The notes under the pieces: generated by a model
Seen by the model: only the letters and a program-made list of their open reading frames with translations
Told to the model about the DNA's origin: nothing
The model's database searches: none
In this document: positions 27,927 to 41,143 of the stretch, piece after piece
Numbering within the stretch: position 1 is the stretch's first letter
Layout: the number at the start of each line of letters is the position of its first letter
Position numbers and translations under genes: made by a program
Assembly: GCA_026026165.1 (NCBI GenBank)
Contig: JAPEUD010000027.1
Span: forward strand, 124,001-188,000
DNA length: 64,000 nt
Direction of reading: 5' to 3'
From: Sarea resinae
Lineage: Eukaryota

Positions 27927-28937
27927 CTTGTCGCCAGATATCTCCGTAGTGGCAAACAATTATGGAGGGTGCGCGGATTTCGCAGAAATCTGGAGAGGCT
28001 TGGTCCACTAGGACCGACTATGTAGGTAGATATCTTGGGGTCCATAAACCCCCCAAAGCCCCGCCGTTTGCAGCTACAGCGAGTGGGGAGTGCAATGTCA
28101 CCGCTCAAGCCCGCCCATTCGCTAATCATTCAGGTGGGGGTTGCTGCGGGCCGTGCTGATCACAACAAAAGGTTAACTCAACCTCCCCGTTGACAGTGAC
28201 AAGCCCGTACAATACTCCGTCCATTCCAGAACAACAGACTGCAAGAATGTCGGCCGTGTGCCGAAGCAATCTGGTGGTGCCTTATCTCTGGAATGGCCAG
28301 CCATTAGGAAAGCATGCCACGACGCTGCGTTCTGCAATGCCGTGCATCCATACCTTGTGGCGGCCATACCCGATCACATCCCTGATGCTGACACGTTGTC
28401 TGCGCTCAATGGTCATGGCTTTCTCGCATCGCTCCCTTTGAGCTACCTGTTGTCGTCCGTCACTTGAACTCGTGACAGTCCCATCCAAGTCATGCTCAGG
28501 AGCAAGAGTGGACAGCTGCTTTGATCGGCTTGCCTGAAGCAGCTGCAGTACGGTCATGGCGAAATGTATCTAGTTCCCGGATCAAGACGCATTCGGGGAG
28601 GGCAAACCCTACTCCTGAACCCAGTCAGAGGCGGTTGCCACCAACTAGACTGGATATTGCACTCCATCTGCCTTCATTATGCAATCGAATCTGCCCAGGT
28701 TTCTTTAGGTGTTTGCCGTCACTTGCTCGTTACCGAGGTTTTGGACTGATGCTCATACGTTGTCTTGAACCGTTTCATTTGTTTGAAGTAGAGCAGCTTC
28801 AGTCTTTTACAAGGCAGCACCAGCTAGCTCTATGATACACTTTTGTCTCGCAACATTTAATGTCCAGCAATGACCACGATCATCTCCCAACCATCCAGCC
28901 GGCAGTCATAGCTCTCTCTGACTGAAATGAGTAATAT

Positions 28938-29945
28938 TCAGATATCCTCGCCCTGTACGAGAGCCAAGAGTCCCGCCAGAGCCAGAACGTTGCGACTCAC
29001 AACACTGTCAAACTTGAAGCCGTAAGCTCCGGCCGTGGAGGTGCTTGAAGAGATTGCCGTCTTAGTGCCAATGTCGCTAAGAGGAGTCGTTTCCACGTAT
29101 GAGGTAGTGACGGCAGCGATGGTCGGGGTGCTGGACAAGGTTGGAAAGTCTGAAGGCGCTCCTGTTGGGGTGGTCATCATAAACAGGAATGCGGTGCCAT
29201 TGAAAGCCTCTGCAGACACAACCTGAGAATTTGCAGCCACGATGATCTCGGTCGGGACAGAGCTGACGTTTGAGCCATATGGCTTCGGTACCCCAACTGT
29301 TGTTGGCACAGCCGGGCTGAGAGTTTCCATGATTAGCTCAACTGAAGTAGGCGTTGCCGAGGTCGAATCAGTCGCGGTAATTTCCTGCTACATAATCGTC
29401 AGTCCTAGTTCTCCAAATTAAAGGCCTCGAGACTTACATTAACTTCATACTTATAGGACGCCAGATATCCCAATGTAGTAGTGGGGTAATTGCTGGTTGA
29501 AAGGCATGGCGCATATGAGGGCAGCGCTGATTCGCAAAGCTGAATCGCACGAGGAACCAGGCCACTGGCGATAGACCCGTTGAAATCTGTGTCAGATTTT
29601 TAGTCCGGACATGCAGGTGATGCAACATTTTTCGGCCTGCGATCAAATACCTTGTTGAGCACAGTCGTTGAGAACGCAGAGCTTGCCAGTGCAGACACAC
29701 TTCGTCTGGTCAGCATTTTCTGGATTATAGTGATGACGGGCTGAACTTACCGTGCAGGCTGGAGCAGTCGAAGACGCAGTGGCACTGGGGGTATCATATG
29801 ATACAAGGCCAGTAGAACTGTTGACCAAGGTGGACGAGATTGAGGTATCGATCAGAGAAGCGATCATTGTCTGGGTACCAATCAGGTATTCTTCGGCCGC
29901 GATGAGCGCCGCGAAGACGGCAACGAGCCAGATGAGTAACTTCAT
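28938..29945 (-). CDS. Secreted Ser/Thr-rich, Cys-containing (degenerate CFEM-like) cell-surface protein, possibly GPI-anchored
   Basis: Signal peptide MKLLIWLVAVFAALIAA, 7-Cys cluster, long S/T/P stalk, hydrophobic C-terminus (NVLALAGLLALV). Confidence 0.65.
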
Positions 29946-30433
29946 GGCTGCTGAATTAAGGGATGAAGCTCGAAAGGGGTCGTTGGCAGCACGCGGAATA
30001 TCGTTCTTGCTTATGAGTGGAGATGTTGGTTGATGAAGTGGGAGTGAGCGTGAGGATGGACGAAAGAGTAATGTGAGTATTGGACGAAGCACAAGGTTAG
30101 GAAGAAGGAAGACCTCACCTCAACTTCTGAATCAAATGGGAGGCTTCTTACTAGGCGAGCACTCCCCATTTCGAGATGGGATGAATTGCAGTGATTCTTT
30201 GAGATGGGACAGGTTGAGGTGAATGTCCATGACTCCTGTTATATATTGGCCGGCCACCGCACGCGTTTCAATATCCCTTCTTCAAACTCACCTCCTCGGA
30301 CGCAAGCAAACCTCACCTCAAAGATCAGTTCTCAATACTACTACCAAATTCTCAACCACTTTTCAAAAGACAATTCATGAATTCGGACAGTCATCTTGAT
30401 ATAACAGCTACTTCTCCTACTTACGTCTACACG

Positions 30434-31578
30434 ATGTCTCAGCCTGTTACGGATCCTCTTGAACACAACGGTGGTTACGGCAATCTGACGAGGATAGTCG
30501 ATGGAGTTAAACGTGTGTTCGTGAAACGCCGTCGAGATGGACGGCTTATCCTTGTCGACCCGCCAAAACAGAAACATGACTTCGAACCGAAGATCAAACT
30601 CCGCGTGAAGAAGATCATCAGAGTTCCTATTACCAAGGTGAGGATCTTCTGTGTTTCAACACGTTGTGAGATGCCAGACATCTAACCTTTTCACTGAAGA
30701 TCAAGGAGTTCTTTAAGCATCTGAAAGTCTCCCAGCCTGGTTCTACAGATGTTGAGGCAGTCGTTGTAGAACAGTTGCCGAACACTGAACCCAAAGTCTG
30801 CTCTCGTCTGCTCTCGCTGCCAAGGGAGCTGCGTGATCAGATCTGGCATGAAGTCATTCACAACCCAAGTGGAGGCTTTTACAACGCAAACAGCATGAGG
30901 GTGGAGGGAATTCATAGTTCTATCATGTCTGTCTGTCGACAAACGTACCTCGAAGTGCCCAATCCAATCATGGCCAACGAATTCAGGTTCCTCAATGGAA
31001 GGGACATGCTTGTGTTTCTCTTTAGTCTGAGCTTGTACTAAAGGACTCAATTTCAAAGAGTCTGTGTCGACCTCTTCCCGCCCCGTGAGATGGAAATGCG
31101 GCACTTCGACCGCTTCACAAACCCCATACACGAGAGACTGTTCGTGTTTGCGAGCGACTATCCCAGCATCAAGATTCGCCTCACGGTGACGGCGCGTCTG
31201 GATGTCCTCGCAGATCCAAGACGCTCCATAGTCTACCTGGAGTGGATGAAACGGGTCGTCAAGCAAGCCCGGAGGCTCCCTCGTAACATCGAGGTCCAGC
31301 GAAAATTCTCGAAGACGTGGCTGCCGAACGTGCTCGTCTCCATCCAGGCGAGCCTCCTGCAGCAAACGCCGCTGTCGGGCTACAACGGCGGCTGGCGCCA
31401 GGAACGCAACCCCCTGGACTACATCGCCCAGGCGCCTGAATGGACCGAGGAGCTGGAGCGGCGAGCGGTCTCGGATATGGCCGCACTGCACAGGAGAGTT
31501 GCTGTCCTGGTCAGGTTCCACAATCGCCTTCAGTACATCGCCATCCCTGAAGCATTCGGATTCGGCATCGGCTTCTGA
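30434..31578 (+). pseudogene. F-box-like fungal protein (LLSLPRELRDQIW type) with one in-frame TAA at 31039-31041
   Basis: Exon 1 30434-30637, intron 30638-30699, then SRLLSLPRELRDQIWHEV...VCRQTYLEV...NEFRF...SLY*RTQFQRVCVDL, continuing in frame into ORF 31090-31578. Confidence 0.6.
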
Positions 31579-32428
31579 GATCGTGTTTCTGTACTAGGAT
31601 GGCGTTGGCGACTTGTCATGTTCACCCTTGGACGACCTCCTCCTTTGTTTTCCCGGCCCGTCTCTTGACGAATGTTCAGGACCGAAGACGATTGTTTCCC
31701 TCCGCGAAACGGCCAAGGCCTCCCTAGCCACGCTGTCGTTCGCTACCTTCTGTCGGCGAGCATGGTTGGGAGTCGAGCTCTGAGTCCTTCGTCATCTCAT
31801 CGGTACAGCTTCCATTTTGCTCTTCCGGAGTCGCGAAAGCTATATGTGTGCGCGCTAGCGACGGAATGGGTCATGACTCACTTGAGCGACTGGCGGGGGG
31901 CCCTTTGGAGATAGAACAGCTTCGTACAGGACCGTGGTACTGCATGGGATAGATAACTTGCGAATCACGGGGTCTCAAGATGGCATAGGATATCTGGTGG
32001 ATGGCTGGTCTCGATTCCTTTCTCATTTGTACATGGCGTTTGCTTCTTTTCTATTTGCAGAATCTCAAGCCACGGTTCCAGGTGCCTGTTCTTCCTGCCG
32101 ATATGAAATATGTGCAAACAAGATCCACGAGAACCCAAGCCGTCTAGATATGAGGCGATCGTACATCCAGATCCAAATCCCGGGAATCCCAAGAACGCCG
32201 CTCGCCCATGCAATATGTTACAGACGGTCCCGTACTGATGGTAGGGCTTTCCATCGTTGGAATTTGAAGAGAAAAAAAGAAAAAAGAACTGAGTCGAGAA
32301 GACCAAAGGGGGCCTGTTTGCCACCGATGTATGCACCATTATATCCTCCAATCCTATACATCCAACAAGACTCAGACCTGGTCGGATTCCTCCCTCCCTG
32401 CCTCACCCAGACGACGGACACGCTCCTT

Positions 32429-33365
32429 TCAATTGTCCGACGGCATGCGCATATAATAATCAATGGCCGCACTGAAGGCCGCAAAACCCGCACATCCCAG
32501 CGCCGCAGCTTGCGGGCCGGCCTTTGCGCCCAACACACCACCCGTGATGCATCCGGCCGCCACGCCGTTTGCCAGGTCGTTTTTAGCTCTGAACTAGAGT
32601 TCCACGCCAGATGTTAGCCCGGGTAAACTTGGCGAAGAGGAAACGACACCGCTGTGGATGGGATGGGATGGGATGGGATAGGATGACATACGCCCTCGAT
32701 ACAGCACTCGGTGCCCGAAAAGATGGCGCCCACGAGCGCGAAATTCTTCGCCGACGAGTAACTTCGCGTTCCCATGTCCTTCATACCGCGCGCGAGCTGT
32801 TGTCTCAGGGGCAGGTTCGACAGCTCTTGGCCTTGGGGCGACATCGGGGTATCGTAGCTCATCTGCCAGGGGTCAACGAGGTTGGGTTAGCTTAGGTTTG
32901 TTTTGGCCTGGCGGTTTGCGTCCGTTGCGGACGTTCTCTATCGTCATATGCTGAGCGCACCGCACTGGGAGTGAGAGTGAGGAAGGGTGGATGGACGGAT
33001 GGAAGGAAGGAGAGGTGCCGGGGGAAGACGCACACTCGACATGAAGAGTCCGAACGCTCCACCTAATGCAAAACCCATGCCGCCGGCGATGACTGTTTTC
33101 GCCGGACACGATTCCATTGCTGCTTGCATCTACAGAAGCCACCACAAGAAAAAAGATTAGCCATGCTTTCTCTCTCCCCTTGACGCTAGGAACACGAGCT
33201 GCATTTCTGTGGGTTTTTGGAGTATATGTGCAGGATGCGCCGATTCCAGTATGCGCCTTGTCCACGTACGTTCTTGATCATAGCTTGCTCCTGCTCGCTC
33301 ATGCCTCCCTGCTGTTGGCCCCCCATTCCACCCGCTCCCCGACCCGGTACGCCGGGGAAATTCAT
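32429..33365 (-). CDS. TIM22: Mitochondrial inner-membrane translocase Tim22 (4 exons)
   Basis: [66 protein letters not shown]...[10 protein letters not shown]. Confidence 0.95.
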
Positions 33366-34609
33366 CTTCGCGGCCGAGTAGGTGTCAAGTGCACCCACAC
33401 CGTGTAGGAAAGGTTCTGGAAAGCGATGGAGCGGCTGCGGGGATTCGGGGAGCTTGTCGTGTGAGGTCGATACCGCTTTCGGGAAGATATATACTCTGAA
33501 CTTGGGAAAGTTTTTGGCCGTGATTATCCTGGCGGGTGCCGTGCCGGGTAATGGTTGGTGCGGGTAGGCGATTTGACGCGCGGGTGCCACAAGCCTATCG
33601 ACGCACCAGCTACCTTATGTACATAGTCGTAGATGTGAAACAGCGGCAAAACAGACTCAGCAAAACAAGAGGGCACTTCTATCCTTGACTCCTAGAATGG
33701 CCACATGGCAACGTCGGCGGCCGAGTGCTTGCCTTTCACCCTTGATCTACTTACGTGATAATCTACCACTACTTTAGCTTATCGCTGCTTCTGTCATTGC
33801 CTGACAGCTGGACGGTTAACAGGTAGACAGACAGATATACAGATAGACAATCTAAACTTATACGAGTAGTAGCATCACCACGTAAATAAGGTAGGTAAAG
33901 ATACAGTATTCTGTTAGTTCTAGTTGACTTAGTAGTATAGTGATAATGTACACTCTCTCTGCTTGTACCGAGGTCCTACTACTATACTACTACATTGATA
34001 AAATACTTCTGCAACCTGTATTGGAATAAACAAACCAAGTCAATTGATCCTACAAAGTAAAGTGAATTAAAGCTAAAGTGGAGATAAGACCAGCAAGTAA
34101 AAGGAAAAGCCCGAAGTAAAAGAAAGATGATTTTCTATAGTATCTCTACTTACTTAGATCTGATATAAATACAAAGTCATCTGGAAAAAAACTGGAGAGA
34201 ATTCTCCGACGTATCGACTTGATTTGGAAGAATCGATTTAGCCAGAATAGACAAGCCAGTCAAACGGGTGAGAGACGAGCAAGGATAAGGAATATACCAG
34301 GTGAAATAGATAAGAGGTATCTGGCAACGAAGCATATAGAGACCACCACCAAACAAACGCCTGTAGACCAATCCAAATCCAAGTTCAAATCAGGTCCCTA
34401 GAGAACAAGAACCAAAAAGACAACAGCAAAGAGATAACATTATATACATCGAAAACAAAAACGAAAACGAAAAAAAAGATACCCGAATCATAGACCCATT
34501 CGTAATCGTATCATATATCGCTCTCTCAACCTAAAACACCCCGCAACTGCACGTGGAAAGAAGCGAAGCAAAAGGAAATATATATTCCAAGACACACATG
34601 TTCAACCTT

Positions 34610-36385
34610 TTAATCAGCCTTCCGCGCCTTCCCCGGTGAGGCTGACCTGGACGAATGCTGGGCCTCGGCGCTTTCAGCAGGCGGAGTCAGACTGCGCTCC
34701 CACTCGCTCATGAGCGTCGAGGCCGTGCGACGGAGATGACCAGCTGAGAGCCTCGAGAGGGAGGGCCAGGGGATCTCGTCGCGTTTGGTGGAGTTGTCGA
34801 TGCTTGGTGGATGCAGATCGAGGGGCGCGACTTCAGTGGCGTGGAGAGTGATGTTATCGGCAGAACTGAGAAGGGCGTCAGATTGACGAATACGATCGAA
34901 GTTGTTCATGCTGACTTACCTCGTGCTCGTGCGAGGACTGGTCCGGGGACTGGTTCGACCGGTCGAGGCGCCGGCTTCTTCCTCCGAGAGAGATGTATTG
35001 CTGCTGTGGCCCGGGGAGGGATTCGTTTGTTTGGTGGGAGAGTCCCAATTGTCCCAGCCATCGTCGTCGTTAGCATCGATAATTGATGCTGGCTTTACGG
35101 CGGTGATGTTTTTCGATGACCTTTTCTGCTTGGCCGGCTGGATCGTTTTACTAGACTCTAAGAAACCGTGCTCTTCCCAGAAGGCGCCTTCGTCGGTGCT
35201 AGAGAGTAGAGGGTCGTCCCTGTCCGTGGAATCTCTGACTCGAGACTGCGAGCGACTGCTATTCGAGTTCTGGGAACTTGACCCCTTCCTGCCATTAGCG
35301 CTCCTCAGACTAGCCTTGCTACCTTGCCTGCGAGCGACTTTCGGTGCCAAAGTCTGATTGGAAGTCCGTGTCTCTGTGCCATTGACACCCTCATCGCCAA
35401 CAGTAGCTTGTCGGAGGTCTTCAATGAATGTCCATAACCCTTCTCTGAAGTCTGTAGCGATCTGCTTGCCCGTTCGGAGGATAGCTTCTTGCGGTGGTCC
35501 TTGCAGAGAGCGCCGAGGAGCTGGTTCTGAGTCCGCCTCGACATCCACCAACCCAGTCGTCACTTCTGAAAGGGTTGATGATCGCGTAGGCTTTGAAGTG
35601 ATATCGGGTTCCACTGCATTGGATTGACGCCGATCGATCGATTTCAAAGGGGGTGGTGTCTCTCTTGCGAGCTTGTCCGGCGATAACAACGAGAGGGTTC
35701 TAGCATGTTTCGAAGATGCGAAGACCTTCCTCTGCGCTACCCTGGTCCCACTCATCATCGCCTGTCTCCTCTCTTGTACCCTGGTGGCCATCGACGGCGT
35801 ATCGGGCTCTTCGGGGCTGCTCTCAAGACCTCGGCCCGGTGTATTCAATGGCTGTAATTTTTGAACATGTCTCGCTTCGTTCCGCTTTTTGGTCGCCTCA
35901 TGCATTGCCCACTGCTTCTTCAGCTTTTCCAAATCGGCTTCTGCTCGATGTAGCTCCTCTTTCAATTCCAGAACCTTTCTCTCCTGAGCAGCGAGAGCGG
36001 TCAGAAAGTTTGTAGATCCGGTTGGTGACGGGAGAGATTCTTCGACCGGTGTCGAAGCAGTTGTATTTGCCGATGTCGCGGATGCGGACGAGGTCGGTGT
36101 GTGCTGGGTGTACATGTTGCTGACATTGGCTTGCAAAGGCAGACTGAGAGACATCCTATTGCTCTTCCGCCTGGGTCCCGGGTCGGCCAGCGACATGGAG
36201 CGAGCATGGTTGTTGAATGCCTGAGATCTTGGCTCCGGGAGAGGTCCAACGTGTGCGGCGGGAGGAGGCATTACGGGACTGCTCGGGCCTCCTGAGTTCA
36301 GAATGGCTTCAACGTTGGCCGAGTCGACACCAGATGAAGATGGCCTTTCGGTGGTGTTGGTCAGATGCAACACATCATTCTCCAT
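34610..36385 (-). CDS. DUF4048/Tda11-like coiled-coil protein (2 exons)
   Basis: FLTALAAQERKVLELKEELHRAEADLEKLKKQW and GKQIATDFREGLWTFIEDLRQATVGDEG blocks; intron ~34865-34918. Confidence 0.75.
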
Positions 36386-36462
36386 GATAGCAGTCGCAAT
36401 GCCCGTTGAGGACAAGAGTGGTCATCTTTCGGTCCAAGACCACAGAGGAGACGGCCGATGAA

Positions 36463-36518
36463 GGTGGTGAGGTGGTGAGGTGGTGAGGTGGTGAGGTGGT
36501 GAGGTGGTGAGGTGGTGA
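36463..36518. repeat. Perfect octanucleotide tandem repeat (GGTGGTGA)x7, ~80 bp upstream of the DUF4048 ATG
   Basis: Read directly from the sequence. Confidence 0.95.
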
Positions 36519-37592
36519 GAAGAAAGAGATGTCAGGAAAGGGAACGAAGTGAGAGGAGTAGAGTACCTTGCTCCGTAGTCGTGAGCGACAGATAGCAATA
36601 GCTGCCCGGGCTACTTGCTACGTCCGGAGTATTCGTACTGCAAAGGGGGACCATGTCTGCAGTACCTGGACGCATGTGGAGACCCCGGTGGACTTGCAGG
36701 TCACTGATACGCCGGCCCCTCGACTTCGCGGCAAGGTACCCGTCTAGCCCGACCGACCTTACTCGTTCCGGGGGCGCCATCCACCAGATCCCCAGCCTGT
36801 CACACTGCCGTTTCACTTGCATGCACTGCTAGGGGATAAGCAATGGAAGTATTCGTGCTACTATTCTATCTCTTGACGAGCGACGGGACTGCCATAAATC
36901 GCCCACGTATCGATACTCCAACTCCGACCCCCAAGTCTGCCAATGTGATAATAAAAAGCGTCATCCATGTCATCCATGTCATCCATGTCTGAATAGAACG
37001 GCTTAGCGGAGGATGGCCATGGAAGCTATAATCGAATCTACTAGGTACGCTGTCCGGATGAAAATGACGAGGGAACAGTGTAGTTGTATTGACAAGAGCA
37101 CGACCGAAGCTGTGGTGAGAGCACAGGAAGATGTTGTGAAGAGGAGCACTGTGCTGTGGGGTGATGAAAGCACAGTGGGGATGTTGTGATGAGAATACAC
37201 TCGCCCGTAATGTAGAGGGGGGGGGAGGGGGAGAGAGGTTGTGTTGGTACTGATGTGGCCATCGGTGCTTTGCTCTTTCTTGGAGAAGAACGAAGCAACC
37301 ACCGAACGCAAGCGCCGCAGCAGAAGCCCCGAATAGAGCAGTACCAGAAAACCTTCAGTATCCAACTGGTACTCGATAACGGTGCGCAAACGCTGGAGCA
37401 TCAGAAGACAGCGACAAGAAGGAGCTATCAGGATCTTGTAACTGTAAGGCCGAATCTGGCCATCATTTCCCACTAGATCGTCAACACTACCTATAACCCA
37501 AGAAACCGGTAAAAGCTTGGTACCGCTCAAGACTCGACTCCCAAACAACGCCAGGCATCTTGCTCCGCACTCCAAAAGCAACCATACCACCC

Positions 37593-39149
37593 TCAGACAG
37601 AGTCCATGCTCGCTCTGGTTACAAGCTGCTCATTCTTGTTACCAAGCTTTGAGATCTGCAGAAATGTGTCGACACCATAGCCCTCCAGATTGTGTAGCTC
37701 AAGACTTCCGGCCCAATACTCAGCAAATACTCTACTCATAGGTAGTCCCATTCCAAGCTTGAGATTTGGAGGTCTGCTAGCCAGAGAACTCAGGGAGTCT
37801 TCGTGGTAATAAGCTTCTTTCCCCACGGTGTCTGGATTGACTTTCTTCCTGGCATCTTCAGAACTCCTCAATTCTTGCATGGTTGCAGCCATTTTAGGCA
37901 CCTTGAGTAAATTCTTCAATCGAGCCTGGCTGCTCGGCCCTTTACTAAACGACCAGATGTACGGAAGGATCTCTCGAGGAACGCCGCCGCCTTTGTCAGA
38001 AATCCGTATGATTACATACTGAGGTGCCTCGCAGATTAAAACCTCGATTGGTGGGGCGATGCCAGCGGTTTCGGAACCTCTCTCGACGACCGCCTGTATC
38101 GAATTGCGGAATAATTCCCCAATGACGTATTCCAAGTGGCCGAGGATATAAGGAAAAGTCGCATTGAGGTGACCCTGAATCTTGATCTCTGGTAGGGGGG
38201 TATCTGAGCCGTATGCTTCTCGAGCGAGAGCCTGAGCTGTCTGTCCGCAGCGTTCTACCACCTCTCTCGCGTTGCATCGAAGGAATATTTCTCCAACAAA
38301 GTCGCCGTGTGGATCTCCTTCGAGCTTTGTTCCTGGAAAATACCATGGAGAATTGAAAGTTTCTGTCAAGGACAGATGCTGCTGCGCTATCACGCGACGT
38401 GATATCCTCTAGAACGGTGGAATTTCACAACGCGTCAGGGAAAAAGTTCATGCATGAATGTGTTCAATAGGGATTCGAAGCATACCGATCTGAGACAAGT
38501 ATTCATGAATCTGTCCAACCGATCTGCAGACATCAACCCTTGACACTCCAGAATCCCCATAGCCAATTGCGGGATCACCGTCAGGTGCTCCTGTAAAGTC
38601 TCCTGAATGACCTTGCAATATTTATCGTTGTCCTCGATGGTCTTAAGCTCTCGTGTCTTACGAAGCGTCTCGAAGGCCTTGTAGTAAAGCTCATAGACGT
38701 GGGACATGTGAGGATTGGTTACTACCACGTAGGGTAATGTTTGCATGTCGCGAAGTCGGTGAGCCAACCTGACTAACTGTCAGCTCGGATATTCGAAGCC
38801 TTCGAGGCTCGTGAGAGGGATCAAACAGACCTGGTCGGAAGCTCAGTGCGCACATAATTGGCGGAACCGAGCAGCCTCTCTTCCGTCAAAGTCCGGCCAA
38901 AAAACATCAATTGCCGCAAACTGATCGGTCTCGCTTCTCGCTGGACCCAACTATGAGTTCCATGGTCTGAAATTAGCTGGAGGCAAAGGCTTTGACATGA
39001 GAACCGTTGGCAAAAACTTACTCATCTAGGGCGCTTGTGGACCTCCAGGATGGCGGGTGAGCGTCAGTGCCAAAGAGACAGCGGCATTGCTCAAAGGGCC
39101 CACGACCCGTCCTCAATCGGAGGATCGGCCGACTGTTGCAAAGTGGCAT
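37593..39149 (-). CDS. Mitochondrial pyruvate/branched-chain keto-acid dehydrogenase kinase (Pkp2/BCKDK-like)
   Basis: Presequence-like exon 1; RPISLRQLMFFG, ANYVRTELPTRLAHRLRDMQTLPY, ELFRNS (N box), IRISDKGGG (G1), GMGLPMSRVFAEYWAG (G2), GYGVD. Confidence 0.9.
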
Positions 39150-40607
39150 CCCGCTGATGCCATGCAGAGACCTCCCAGTACAGTACAGTACAGTCGAGTC
39201 CAGTCCGGGTCCGTCCAGTCGCACGCAGTGTGGAAACCTCAAGTGTCAAGTAGAGAGCATGGGCAGTGAGGGGACGAGATCAGTCCAGCGTCATGAGCGA
39301 CGGGCGGTGTCTTTTAAATAGCTCAGGCCATGTTGGTGGTTGTGTACTCTCTTGAAGATCGAATGCTTACTACCTCGGTCCTCCGCCGTCAGAGCAGTAA
39401 TAGGGCAAGCACCTTCTATAGCGCGCAATGATATTTATTTGACGCATAGGCCCCGGTGCAGACCGTACCCAAGGTACGAAGCAGTCGAGAGCATGGGTGG
39501 ATGTGGATCACCCCGATCGGGTTTGGTGCCCCCTCCTCGCTGGAGCTTGATCGGACTCGGGCTGCCCTCGCCCATGCCTGTTAGGGTATGGGATGCCATT
39601 CGGAGTGCGGTGATGGATGGAAATCATCAGATGCTCGGGGCCTCTTTCAATTTTCACAATCATTGCTCCAAGCCATCGACATGCGATCTTGCATCCAGAA
39701 ATAAAACCTCGTCCCGTCTCGTGAATCTTCACAAATCTTCACAATCGATCTCAGGCTTCTACTCCTAAACTCTAGCCTCGAGGCTCTAGCCCGAGACGGC
39801 TCACGACTGGAGGACTACTGATAGGAGTTACATTAGTAGTACACACTGCGCAGTAAGTAGGTAGGTAGGTAAGGTAAGCAGTCAAGCCCGCGAGAGATAT
39901 TCATCTATCGAAAGATCTGTAAAGATAGTGCATTCGACCCCCAACACCAGCATGATTACTACTGGAGTAGATGATCATGGAAGAGTGCAAGGTTGAAAAG
40001 GACGCACATACAGCGTACGAGTACTCCGGAGTACACAGTAGGTACTTGCTCGTAGTACTCCGTATGTCGCTATTCACACCATTCACAATGGACGACTACG
40101 TACCTATTATATGATGCTCTCGTCAACCTGAATGTGAATGATGGATGCTTCAACATGGTCCCTCGGTCCATCATTGGATGCGGATACTCGGGGACGCAGC
40201 ACGGCCATGAAAGGGAACGCACGTATCTACGAATACTGTACTATGTACCTGGGAGTACCCGTCCTCAGTCCATGCGTTACTGCCCTGCGCTTCCCTGCCC
40301 TGCCCTGCCCTGCCCTGCCCTGCACTGCACTGCACAGCACAAAGGATGGATCCATCCATTCTGATATGCCTCAAGCCTGATCGACATCCATGGATGCCTC
40401 GACACTGGTGAGCCCCTCGAGCCGAGCCTTTGCCTTCACTACTTTACGGAAGAGGAGCAGGTACTACGACAAGGTAGGTAAGGTGGAGTAAAGTAACCTC
40501 AGTCAAGTGCCTACTTCGTACCTCACAGTAAGGTACCTACCTACCTACTTCCACCCACCTCGTTCATGCATACTGGCTACCTCCTATCCAAGGTACCTAT
40601 CTGACTA

Positions 40608-40645
40608 GAGAGGTTCTGCAACCGCACTAGCTAATCCTATCCTAT
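40608..40645 (+). repeat. Left TIR (bipartite)
   Basis: GAGAGGTTCTGCA-accgc-ACTAGcTAATCCTATCCTAT. Confidence 0.9.
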
Positions 40646-41143
40646 TGTAATAGGCAACTCTATGCCGATCCATGCTGATCTATACTAAATCAGGCTCAGA
40701 CCCTTGTTCCTACTAGGAAATTGCCTCCTATTATTAGAATACAGTTTCTTATTGCTTATTAGGTATAGTGCTACTTAATTAGGCCTAGCTACAATGCTAT
40801 TCAGACCTCTTACTACCTAGATAAGCTCTCTACAGCAATTATACACTGCTATAGAGCTTTAAAACTAACTCCTACTATAGCTTAGTTCTTAACACTTAAC
40901 TAAAACCTTAGTAATTAGATATAAAAGATAGCTTTATCACTTACTTCTTTAGCTATAAGACCTATAGAAACAGCAAATTTAGCTAGCCTAGCACTATTAG
41001 CTATATTTAGTAGATAGACTCTCTCTCTAAGCTCTAGGCTATAAAGCACTAGGCCTTAGACACTTTCTATACAACTTAATAACAGCTAATTACTTAACAA
41101 TCTTATAGAGGTATAATTAAGTATTAAGGAGTTGCTATAAAGT

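Noticed and set aside
28173..28835. Short ORFs between the sulfite oxidase and surface-protein genes
   Set aside because: They could not be joined into a gene, and no family was recognised.
30691..31521. 276-aa minus-strand ORF
   Set aside because: Antisense shadow of the F-box-like gene; no recognisable motifs.
37003..37590. 195-aa minus ORF immediately after the kinase stop
   Set aside because: Non-ATG start, different frame from the kinase, no motifs; probably 3' UTR.
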